Assembly (NCBI GenBank): GCA_950097015.1
Contig: CATNEN010000037.1
Coordinates: 2,294,001-2,358,000, forward strand
Direction of reading: 5' to 3'
Source of the DNA: Macrostomum hystrix
Lineage: Eukaryota > Animalia > Platyhelminthes
Length of the DNA: 64,000 bases
The position numbers were made by a program, and so were the translations under genes. Position 1 is the stretch's first letter. Each line of letters starts with the position of its first letter. The notes beneath the pieces were generated by a model. That model searched no databases and was not told where the DNA came from. It saw only the letters and a program-made list of their open reading frames with translations. Below are positions 1 through 11,700 of the stretch, piece after piece.

Positions 1-1960
1 TCAGAGTCAACCTTGATAGTATTGTAGATCTGCTCTTCCGTCTGACCCGCGTTTAGCCAATAATAGAAGCAGAAAAAGTTTCTATGCTTCTTAGCAGCCT
101 CTTCGGCACATTCACGAACTATGTTTCCCTCTGAAAGGGTCAGTGCCAGTTGAATCATAGCGGAATCTGATCGACGAGTTGCCTAAGTATGTAGACTGAA
201 TGCGGAAAATCGGCGATCGGAAAAAATCAACAAAGTCAGTTAGGCTTTTCTTAGTGGCATCGCTCATATTAAAAAACTTAATAGAGTACTGATAAACAAA
301 GGCCAGATTATCTGCACCAATGCGACAGCATAGCCACGAAATAAAATCAAAATCGCGCAAAATTTCCAACTTATTGTCGAGAGAAATCACGTCACAACTA
401 ACTAAATGATAGACAAGGTTGTATGCCAAGTAGTGGAACTCATCGCTGCTATCGATCTCAATCCAGCTACTCAAGTTCTTCTTTAGGCTCAGGACATTCT
501 CCACAAACTGGTTGTTGTAGCTAGTTCTCTTTTCCTTGAATTCGTTCTTCATTGCGCTTACGAATCAGATCGTGCAGAGTAAGAAGCTGCACGTCTTGTT
601 GGTAAGTCTCAATTGTGGCAATTGAACGTCTGGAAAACGCTACCATTAAATCCAAACAGTCATCCTCTGCGAGTGGACTGCCATCTTCATCTCGCCAGCA
701 GAAAGTTGAAAGGAATCCAACAGAAAGAAATGTGTCTTCCGGAAAAATAGTTAACTGGAGATAATGCTCTTTGTACTTGTATTCCAGATCGTCAATACTA
801 ACCAAGATGGCATCCTTAATAGATTCGTATTGATAGTCGCCAGGCTCTAAATCAACATTATTAAGAAGGTTGTCCTCATACTTCTTTAGGAATCTCTCGA
901 ATTGATTAAGTCGGCCACGAAGAAGACCTCCAAAAATGGACACAATAAAAGGATTGCCTTTGCATTTCGTATGTAGCCTGTGAATGCGCTGCAAGTCTTG
1001 GTCGCTGAATGAGTCGGAAACTTGACCCTGCGAGTGTTCACTGTTGATCATTTGGGTCAAAAGTCTAACTGCTGCGTCTTCAGTGAAGCCTTCATTAACA
1101 GAGATTGTGACGCGTCGACTAGGATCTCCAGTTTGAATGTTTCTAAAAATGTCTTCCTTCCTTGAAGTAACAACAATTCTTGCTTGAACGTTGAAATGTC
1201 GTAAGATTTTTGGTTCCCACACGTCATCCAGGACAATCAGACCGCATGGATACTTCTCTATCATGACTTTGCGCAATTCATTTGTGGCATCTGTCAGACT
1301 ACCTGGTGGCGTAGCGCGTAACTCTGGATTCAAACGAATGCAAATATTCTGCATTTTCGCCAGGAGCAATGAATCCAATTCGTCGCTGCGCAAATTTCCA
1401 ATTGTGAACCAGAACACATGATTGAAGAAGTAAGAGGCAATGGGACTACCACTAGCAGCAGTGCCTCTGATGGCCTGGGCCGTTATTACCGACTTCCCAG
1501 CGCCGCCGTGGCCTTTCACAAGAATCCAGCCACCGTCAGAGCGGGCTGACAACTTGACTAAACTTTCCTTTAGTTCGGACACATACTTGAGCTCAATGTT
1601 GCCTTGTGGAGCAATTGGAATACCACCATTTATGAAGACGGCCTCATAATCACTAGTTGATTTGGTTAGATAAATCTGTGGACTTTGCTGATAATTTGAG
1701 AGCTCACTTGACCAAAATGAGTAGGGACCAGCCAGGCTAGAAATCAGGCAGTTAAACGTTCTGGTGTCACTCTTTTTCACTAGAAGGTCCACTAAGGTGC
1801 TAGTTTGCTCATTTGTGCTGCCTGCTTTCATTATTATTTGCTTGTCCTCAAGGGTAATAAGGCCAGAGCTAATTAACGAATCCTCAATGTCACGAAAGTC
1901 AACATCCCTGGCCAAAGCACCCTTAAGGGCCATCAGGGCAGCTTTATGTCGCAGGTCCAT
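1..1960 (-). CDS. APAF1: Apaf-1/CED-4-like apoptosome protein (CARD + NB-ARC + helical domain), intronless, two apparent +1 frameshifts, continues past the left edge
   Basis: ORF 521..1990 has a CARD-like N-terminus (MDLRHKAALMALKGALARDVDFRDIEDSLISSG, ATG at 1960), P-loop GHGGAGKS, Walker B LIVLDDVW, GxP (GNPF) and MHD-type LHD. ORF 112..552 continues with HYLAYNLVYHL (Apaf-1 helical-domain-like). A third frame from ~179 to the edge reads MIQLALTLSEGNIVRECAEEAAKK...YYWLN, resembling the Apaf-1 segment before the WD40 repeats. Orthology versus paralogy is not established. Confidence 0.85.
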
Positions 1961-4678
1961 TGATTTGCAGTTTAACCACAGAGGCTGCAAATTTCTTCAA
2001 TACTCTGATGCAATTCAGATGTATAATTTGTCTGGAATGCAAGGTGTGAGCATTGTTTGTATTGAAGAATTCAGCATAAAATTTAAAAGAAATGTAAATT
2101 GTAATGCACAAGATTCCCTGTTTTAAAGTCTGCCACAGTTGATCAATGGACAAAGAAGAAGATATAAATATTAACATCAATCTATAATAAGCACAATTGT
2201 CACATCTCTGTAGGATAAAATGTGGAAAGTTATAATTCAAAGGCTCTTACATTAGCATTAGCTAGTTTTATAACCCTTTATAACCAACAAATATAGTTGC
2301 CACAAAGGCATTTAGTTTTATTATAGGTAGAAATAAAAGTACATGACCAAGGTAAGACTATTATATATTAGTTTTGCTGACCATATATCACCATAGATAA
2401 TATATAATGAAAGATAATGGCAAACTCCTAGTTTGCTGCGTTAAATTATTTTTACACTTAAAACCTTTTAAAAGTTAAAATAGCGAGTGTGAAAGTTAAA
2501 ATGACAGAGTTAAAAGTTTTTAAAAGGATGTAGTCAACAATCAATAGTAACTAATACCATTGAGGGATTGTGGGCACAAGTGAAAGACAAGTTCCGGAGA
2601 ATGCATGGCACAAGTGACACTATTCGAGAGTCACGATAATTATCACAGTTGCCATTAGTAACTTTTTGGCTATTGAGTATGATTTCACTAGGGATAAGAC
2701 CTGATAGTCTATCTTTCAGTGATGAAGAATATAGGATGGCTAGCTCAGATTTTAAATAGGCCTAATTATTTCTTAGGTTAAGGATAAGAAATCTATATTT
2801 GGTCGGTCTGAACCTGATGCAAACACTAGACATAAAAATGACTATATTAGCTATGCTTACTAAGTAAACTAAGTCAAAAACCAGTATGTATCAATACATA
2901 AATATATCATTAATATATGTATCTCCTGAGCTTCTCTCCCAAGGACCCCTAGGCCCTATCCTAGGTTAGGTAATTGTTCCTATATGCAGAAATAGTACTA
3001 AGGAGCTAGCTATCCTACTTCAACATAACCTAATAGGAAAATAGAAAGTCATAGGCCTAACTGTAATAGGGCTTATAACTCTATCTTCCTCTCTCTTGGT
3101 AGCATATCACTTGGCATGAGTGGTTTATCCTTCTAAAGCACTGGTCTCTTATTCTCCAGTCTTTGCTATAGATGCGTTTTCCGTGGATCAGAGGGTTACA
3201 GCCTCAAATAACCAACTCAACACTTTAACACATTCTTACTCAGTTATACTTATTTGCTTTTTGCCACACTGGCACATTGATTTTTCTCACAGGAATTGCA
3301 CTTGTTTATATACACAAAAAGTTTTTGTTAAAGTGAATGAACTTGACAGAATTAATATTGATTATATTTTCCATATAAAAAATTAGCACATTTAAACAAA
3401 GAGCATAGGTACAAATTTGACTTCTGTGGCAGCCACTCTCTCCAGTGACCTCTGTGGTACTACGGGCAGCCATCCCAACTTTGACTAGCAGTTTAGCACT
3501 AAACTAAACTATAAACTAAACTTCGGTTCATGTTCTGATATAACCTTTGCCTTTGGTATTGTAAATAAATATGACTGATTATCTGATAATGTGCGTTAAT
3601 TTGCCACTTGAATTAATTATTTTCCAGCAATAAAGAGTTGTATAGTGACCAAATACTTTGCTCTGTTTCATGCGTTGGTGTTTGCATATATGTAACGTCG
3701 TTTTTATTTATCGCTTTTTGTTTTAATAAGTAACCTCGAAGTCTTTTTGAAACGCAAAAAATGAAATTTAAATATGAGTTTTATTAGCTTTAATAAACAA
3801 CTGAATTTAACGCACCTAAAGTCTTCCGTCACAAGTATTAACACCTAAATACTCTACAAGAGTTTACAATTGGCATAGACTAGGCCTATCAATATAAGGA
3901 TATCAAGTAAAAATGCACGGAATAGTGAATAAAATATAAAATATTAACGAATATTTCTTACGTCCCTATGTGATATCTTCTAAGGTGGAATTAGCTTGTG
4001 AAAGTTCTATTGACGCTGTGTATATTTATAGTTAAAGAAGTCATCATATATACTTTGTTTTGTTTTATTTTACAAAAGTAACGTTATCAAACACTAATAG
4101 TTAATGCTGTAAGTTAGGTACTGTTAGCTACTATAACAATTAATTAAATAAAAAGTTTTTTGGGCTACATTTTTTTGTTCTAATGGGTATATAAAGTTTT
4201 ATTAGCGTCTGGAATGAAAGTAATAAAAAATATATTTGCCAAAGAGTACAAGCAATCTTGATTTATTTTACTAATAGTATATGTTAACTGTTTAGAATGT
4301 TAACTTTTTAGATATTAACTGTAAGTTTTTTATAATGCTCATCAAAAGTTGAAAATTAATATATTAAAATTCCTTGACTACTTAAATACATATTTAAGTT
4401 AGACATATTGGCTGAGAAAGTATTTGTAAGGAATAGCTTCTATTTTTGCTATTAATGCCTATCTTAATTATAAAGAATATAAAAACAGATTATATAAAAA
4501 AGACATATTATATCAGGGTTTGTTTCAGTTAAGTAAAAACTCAATCTAAAATTGTAATTCTATCTATATATAATGCTTACTGTATTCAAAATTACTTAGC
4601 CTATTATAGTTTTTTGAAGCTTCTTAGATGAGTCTTAACATGCCTTGAATATTACAAGCATAATGCAAAAAAATGTTA

Positions 4679-5060
4679 TGTGACAGGATGCATTATCCCT
4701 ATGCCTTGGGCAATCAGGCAACAGAAACTAGGTGTGGCAAAGAATCCAGAGGCGTGAGCCAATAAGCTGACTTTATCAGTTGAGGGTTAACTCTCATCTT
4801 GATTGAAATGCTAGGGGTGGTTTTCTCTTAAAAATAAACTAATTTGTTTAGACTAACTGGTTCAATTTTTGTTTTGACTGCTCACACACAAGTGAAATCA
4901 ATGATGACTGGTCGAGCCAACCCACAACTAGCATCCTTCTGGCATCAGAGTATTAGAGCTCAAGAATACAGAGCTCTAATCTTGTGTGTAAACTCACACT
5001 GGCAATTATCCCTGTGTGGTAAGGATTAGAATGGCATGGATCCCCAACCCTTATTCGACA
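4679..5060. mobile_element. Solo LTR (382 bp)
   Basis: Begins TGTGACA and ends TTCGACA (TGT...ACA). Flanked by a perfect 5-bp direct repeat TGTTA (4674-4678 and 5061-5065). Internal AATAAA near 4832. Confidence 0.65.
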
Positions 5061-5226
5061 TGTTAGTGAAGCATAATCACACATAAGTCGATTTGTTAGC
5101 TCTGAATTTGAGTCTGCTGCTGTTTAAGCTGGGTATCTTAATTTATTAGGTTTTTATTTTTATTTGGCTTTTATTACTTCTCAGTAGGATTTTAGGGATA
5201 TTTCATTACCCACCTTTGTCAATGGA

Positions 5227-5267
5227 ATTGGTTGCATTATCATTGGCCGCTCCGATGGCCAGCCAAT
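5227..5267 (+). promoter_or_regulatory. Cluster of three CCAAT/ATTGG boxes upstream of the nuclear receptor
   Basis: ATTGG 5227-5231, ATTGG 5242-5246 and CCAAT 5263-5267, about 110-150 bp upstream of the acceptor TCTTCAG ending at 5377. Confidence 0.35.
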
Positions 5268-5477
5268 CAAAAAATGCTTGCCTTTGTTGTTTAAAGATGT
5301 CTGCGAATAAACCCGATAAGAAGAATACTTTGTTAAATAAACCCCTCATCAACCGCCTTATCTCCACATGTCTTCAGTTGGCAACTGGCCAACAATGCCG
5401 GCCCAGTACCAGCCGTGGCCTCGGCAGCTGACGAAAGGCCGCTAAAAGCAGCAACAGCAGCAGTAGCAGCAGCCATT

Positions 5478-5766
5478 ATGAGCTGGGATTATCGTCAGCC
5501 GGCTCAGCCGCCCCACACCGTCGGCAGCATCTCTCTGCCGTCGCCGGCCACAGCTTCGACTGGTTCCTCGTCGGCGAATTCTGCGACAAGCGCCGCTACC
5601 GCGCCACCTCCACCACCGTCGCCTCTGGCTGCGTTGATTCCATTGTGTAGACGACAAGCCCCATTGCCACCACAGCAGCAGCAACAGCAGCCGGCGCCTT
5701 TGCCGCCTCCGTCGCTTCTTGCTCCGCCGCCGCATTCTTTGCAAATTCCCACAACAGGCTACCATA

Positions 5767-5797
<31 letters not shown>

Positions 5798-8700
5798 CCC
5801 GCACCGTCAAAACTCAGAATCGGACTGCGGCATCGGCAGCAGCAACGGCGGCGGCAGCGGCGGCTTCACGCCTTGCAAGGTGTGCGGCGACAAAGCTAGC
5901 GGCTACCACTACGGTGTGATCTCGTGCGAAGGCTGCAAAGGCTTCTTTAGGCGCAGCATTCAAAAGCAGATTCAGTACAAATGCCTGCGCGACGGCCGCT
6001 GTCCTGTGGTGCGGGTGAATCGGAATCGCTGCCAGCACTGCCGCTTTCGTAAGTGCCTCGCCGCCGGCATGTCCAAGGACTCCGTGCGCTACGGCCGGGT
6101 GTCCACCGCCGCCAATATTTCAACGACAGCTTCTTCGGCGGCTACAGCTACGGCTATATCGATGCCGGCGACAGCTACTAGACCAGCTGAAGTGCCGATT
6201 CCTCATCATCAGCATCCTCAATACCAGCCGCAGCATCATCCGAGTCACATTCAGCAGCATCAGCAGCTGCATCACTATCAGCAGCAGCTGCCGTCGGATG
6301 ATCCGGCTAGTCAGCGTCAGCTGGCGGCCAGCGTTCACCAGGCGTTCCGGACTGCCAGCGCCTACTGCGACGTCAGATTAGCCCAGCTGGCCGGCACGAG
6401 GCACTGCTCGCTGGTGAGTTTAGTGGTAGTTTTGTTTTTCGTTACTTTCCCCTACTTCATTAGTTTATTGCCTCGCTAATTATTGAATCGCTTAGATAAT
6501 TCACTCGACCTCTAAAATCAGTAATCTAAGTACCAAGGGCATTGGTTTGCAATTTTTAAGGCTACATTAGAAAATTATAATTCTAAATATTATAATAGCC
6601 TCAAGCATAATCTATTACTCTATTCACAATCTGTGTGCATCTCTGCCATCTCTGTGACTGCAATTCTCTTTGTTGCGCAAGCTGTAAGGTGTTTATCCAC
6701 TATTCTATACTTGTAATAAGGCCCCATTCAGCCTATAGAAAAAAACCAATTTATTTCCGAATGCTTCAGTTGCATTCCGCAAAGCTAGCTGCAGCGTCCC
6801 CTGTTGCAAGTCTTAAATTTGCAATATAGCTATGTATTCCTTGTCAAATGCTACTGCGGTCTAGCATTCCTCTCTTACATATTCTTTGTTCGCCGACCTC
6901 CGACACACAAAAAAGTCTTCTTCAAAAGAGCCCGTGACCTTGTCAGCTGTCAGCTGCCAAAATTGTTGTCTCCGAATGCACAGATGCCGACTTGGTGTGC
7001 AATTCAGATTGTCTTTTATTTTGCTTGGCCTCGGTCTAGCTCTTATAGAGTCTGTGCTATACAGTTTCCTTGAGTGTCTTTGCCCGTGTAAATTGCACCC
7101 TCCATTTTCTTTAGCTGCAGTTCCAAATCTTCATCCTATTGTTTCAGCCTTTCAAGTCAGAAGTAAAATTTTCCTAGCCGGTGAGGAAAGAAATTGTTCT
7201 CCCCTAATTAGCGGATCTCAATCGGGCAGGTAGCCGTCCCTTGTCACACACTGTGTACACACACATACTAAGCTCTAACTGATACACTTAATAACACAAT
7301 TCACGGATAGCTTGTGCAAATTTTCTCCCTTCTATAAACTTTGTCTGTTCCTCTTATCTTTTGCGCGTTGATTCTTAAGTCATCATCTCGAATTATAAAA
7401 AGGCTCTACGATAGACATTTGACAGGGAGTGGGCTATACGACCCCACTTCTAACTGTTCCTCTCTTCAATTGTCTACAATATCCATCTTTATCTTCTTCA
7501 GAAGGTGTCATTCTAAAGTGAGCTGCTTATTGGAAGGCGTCTCAAACAATGAGGGTCACACCAGCCAAGACTTATATTTGCTCTAATTGTTGGTTGCTTC
7601 ACTGCAGCTACTGAGGATCCCGAATCCAAGTTTTCTTGTTCAACTGCTATCTCTATATTCTTTTTGTGGCTCTCTTGTGAATTTCTAGTTTCTCTCTTTT
7701 CTTGCGGTCGTAATTTATTAGAATTGTTTGAGATTGCTTTTTTCTCTTTCAATTCCGTTTCGACAGGTGTTACTGAAAGGAACTGGTTCAGTAAATTAAA
7801 TTAACAACAAAGAATTCCGTTTTTTTATTGTGCCCTTCGCTACTTATTTGAGTTCGTGTGCTCAAGTTGAAGTAATACTCGTACAATCGCTCTGTGTTTT
7901 CTAAATAGCTTTCGCAAATTAAGTAGCCGAGATTTTTTAGTATTTTTTTATTAGCCGATATGTATCCAAGGGGATGGCCTTATTGTTAACTTTTCTTTGC
8001 TTAGCAGTTTGCCATCTTTCATTCTTCTAGTTCGTTAGGGTGCTATAGTTTAGTAACAAGTGGTTATATTCCGCTGTTAGAGGCGTGCTTAACAACAGCT
8101 AAAATCTCTTCGATTCTCAACTGAAAGGAATCGAAATTCAGTTTTTAGATTCAACTTTTTTTTCATAGCTAGATGGTTTATAGAATTCAGTTTTTCTTGA
8201 AAAAAATGCTCCACTATAACTAGGTCTATACAAGCTGTCCTCAAGCCTATACACACGGCCAAATCTTCAATGCACATATATATAACTAACCAACCGTTTT
8301 TTTAATATTTAAAAATATAAATCGCTTGTTTGTGTTGAATAGAAATGTTTGAAAAAAATCATCCAGTCTATAGCTTAACCGTTTTTTATCTGATCCGCTC
8401 ACAATCTGTCATCTGTCCAGTTTTAGTATTCTATTTGCTCTGGCTCAAGCAAACCTTGTAGTGGACTCGGGTTATGGAACCTCGTTTACTTCATCAAACA
8501 ATGCACCTTTTTATTATTATTTATATCCACACACAAAAAGCGACATCGGATTCGCGTAGAATATTTACGTTAAAAAAGGCATTCGATATAGATCCAGATT
8601 CTAGATTATGAAAAGCATATAGTTGGATAGTTTTTTATGACCCTACCAGCCTCGTCTCGGGTGCCCAGTTGTTGCGCAACAATGAGATAGGCTTCTCTAC

Positions 8701-11700
8701 ATAACAGAGATTCAATAAAAAATAACGGAATTAGCCGGATCTACTGTCTCTAGATTTCATCATTCAACCAATAGCGGTTTGTTCGATCTAGTCATTGAGC
8801 CTTTTGATTTTATTTCCAACGTGTACAAAAGTTGCTCTGTTGCACTATATTGAAGGCTTGTCTAGTCTTGTAGTATTGTTCTAAGCAATCTATTATATAT
8901 GATTACTATAGATGCACAATTATAGAATTACTGCTGTAGAATCGAGGGCCAACTCTCCTATGATGCAGGTGGGGGAATTGCAAGACTGTCTGTGCCAGCT
9001 TCAAAACACAAGATTTATTGCCAGTTGCCAGTTGTTATAGTTTTGCTTTTTCTATCTGCCGCTATTTCACCCAGCCTTTTCCTATAGTACCAGCTTGACA
9101 CGAATGCTGTAAGAACCACAAAAAATATATAAGTGGCCAGTGGAATTCTACCTTTCCTTTGTTTGCTGCAGCAGCCGGCGCCGCCATCATATAGCTTTTT
9201 TCTCATTGCCAAGACTTATGCGTCAGTCTCGAGCCTTTGTAGTCTTTGTTACGCCCCATCAAGATAGGCCCACCGGCTCCATTTTCTGGAGCCGCTACTA
9301 CAGACTGGCTACAATATTTATTACTCTATTTTAGTAGACAAGGACCTGCTGTGTGGCTTGTGATCGATATGACACAATTTTTGCAGTTTTTTGCTAAACG
9401 TTATTTTGCTCTACTTCGCACAGAAATAGCTGATCATTCTTAGCAGTGGTTCTAGTTTACCAACTAATAGAAATAATAGAGATGGACAGAGATGAGACAG
9501 GGTAGAGATGAGACAGGTTAGAGATGAGACAGGTTAGAGATGAGACAGGTTAGAGATGAGACAGGTTAGAGATGAGGCAGGTTAGAGATGAGACAGGTTA
9601 GAGATGAGACAGGGTAGAGATGAGACAGGTTAGAGATGAGACAGGTTAGAGATGAGACAGGGTAGAGATGAGACAGGGTAGAGATGAGACAGGTTAGAGA
9701 TGAGACAGGTTAGAGATGAGACAGGTTAGAGATGAGACAGGTTAGAGATGAGACAGGGTAGAGATGAGACAGGTTAGAGATGAGACAGTGTAGAGATGAG
9801 ACAGGTTAGAGATGAGACAGTGTAGAGATGAGACAGTGTAGAGATGAGACAGGTTAGAGATGAGACAGGGTAATGATGAGACAGGTTAGAGATGAGACAG
9901 GTTAGAGATGAGACAGGTTAGAGATGAGACAGGTTAGAGATGAGACAGGGTAGAGATGAGACAGGGTAGAGATGAGACAGGTTAGAGATGAGACAGGTTA
10001 GAGATGAGACAGGGTAGAGATGAGACAGGGTAGAGATGGGAGGGGTTTAAGATGAAACAGTTTAGAGATGAGACGGGTTAAGATGAGACAGGTTAGAGAT
10101 GAGACAGGTTAGAGATGAGACAGGTTAGAGATGAGACAGGTTAGAGATGAGACAGGTTAGAGATGAGACAGGTTAGAGATGAGACAGGTTAGAGATGAGA
10201 CAGGTTAGAGATGAGACAGGGTAGAGATGAGACAGGGTAGAGATGGGAGGGGTTTAAGATGAAACAGTTTAGAGATGAGACGGGTTAAGATGAGACAGGT
10301 TAGAGATGAGACAGGTTAGAGATGAGACAGGTTAGAGATGAGACAGGTTAGAGATGAGACAGGTTAGAGATGAGACAGGTTAGAGATGAGACAGGGTAGA
10401 GATGAGACAGGTTAGAGATGAGACAGGTTAGAGATGAGACAGGGTAGAGATGAGACAGGTTAGAGATGAGACAGGGTAGAGATGAGACAGGTTAGAGATG
10501 AGACAGGTTAGAGATGAGACAGGTTAGAGATGAGACAGGTTAGATATGAGACAGGTTAGAGATGAGACAGGGTAGAGATGAGACAGGTTAGAGATGAGAC
10601 AGGTTAGAGATGAGGCAGGGTAGAGATGAGACAGGTTAGAGATGAGACAGGTTAGAGATGAGACAGGTTAGAGATGAGACAGGTTAGAGATGAGACAGGT
10701 TAGAGATGAGACAGGGTAGAGATGAGACAGGTTAGAGATGAGACAGGTTAGAGATTAAAAGGTTAGAGATGAGACAGGTTAGAGATGAGACAGGTTAGAG
10801 ATGAGACAGGTTAGAGATGAGACAGGTTAGAGATGAGACAGGTTAGAGATTAGACAGGTTAGAGATTAGACAGGTTAGAGATGAGACAGGTTAGAGATGA
10901 GACAGGTTAGAGATGAGACAGGTTAGAGATGAGACAGGTTAGAGATGAGACAGGTTAGAGATGAGACAGGTTAGAGATTAAAAAGGTTAGAGATGAGACA
11001 GGGTAGAGATGAGACAGGTTAGAGATTAAAAAGGTTAGAGATGAGACAGGTTAGAGATGAGACAGGTTAGAGATGAGACAGGTTAGAGATTAAAAAGGTT
11101 AGAGATGAGACAGGGTAGAGATGAGACAGGTTAGAGATGAGACAGGTTAGAGATGAGACAGGTTAGAGATGAGACAGGTTAGAGATGAGACAGGTTAGAG
11201 ATTAAAAAGGTTAGAGATGAGACAGGGTAGAGATGAGACAGGTTAGAGATGAGACGGGTTAAGATGAGACAGGTTAGAGATGAGACAGGTTAGAGATGAG
11301 ACAGGTTAGAGATGAGACAGGTTAGAGATGAGACAGGTTAGAGATGAGACAGGTTAGAGATGAGACAGGTTAGAGATGAGACAGGGTAGAGATGAGACAG
11401 GGTAGAGATGGGAGGGGTTTAAGATGAAACAGTTTAGAGATGAGACGGGTTAAGATGAGACAGGTTAGAGATGAGACAGGGTAGAGATGAGACAGGTTAG
11501 AGATGAGACAGGTTAGAGATGAGACAGGTTAGAGATGAGACAGGTTAGAGATGAGACAGGTTAGAGATGAGACAGGTTAGAGATGAGACAGGTTAGAGAT
11601 GAGACAGGTTAGAGATGAGACAGGTTAGAGATGAGACAGGGTAGAGATGAGACAGGTTAGAGATGAGACAGGTTAGAGATGAGACAGGTTAGAGATGAGA

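Noticed and set aside
521-1990. Bacterial STAND/NLR antiphage system or horizontal transfer
   Set aside because: The CARD plus Apaf-1-type motif order is metazoan and the flanks show no prokaryotic gene organisation; low GC alone is insufficient.
6600-7760. Possible decayed retroelement or nested gene in E78 intron 1 (also 46650-47600 in TOP3B intron 6)
   Set aside because: Coding-like patches broken by stops, with no diagnostic motif, matching TSD or terminal repeat that I could verify.
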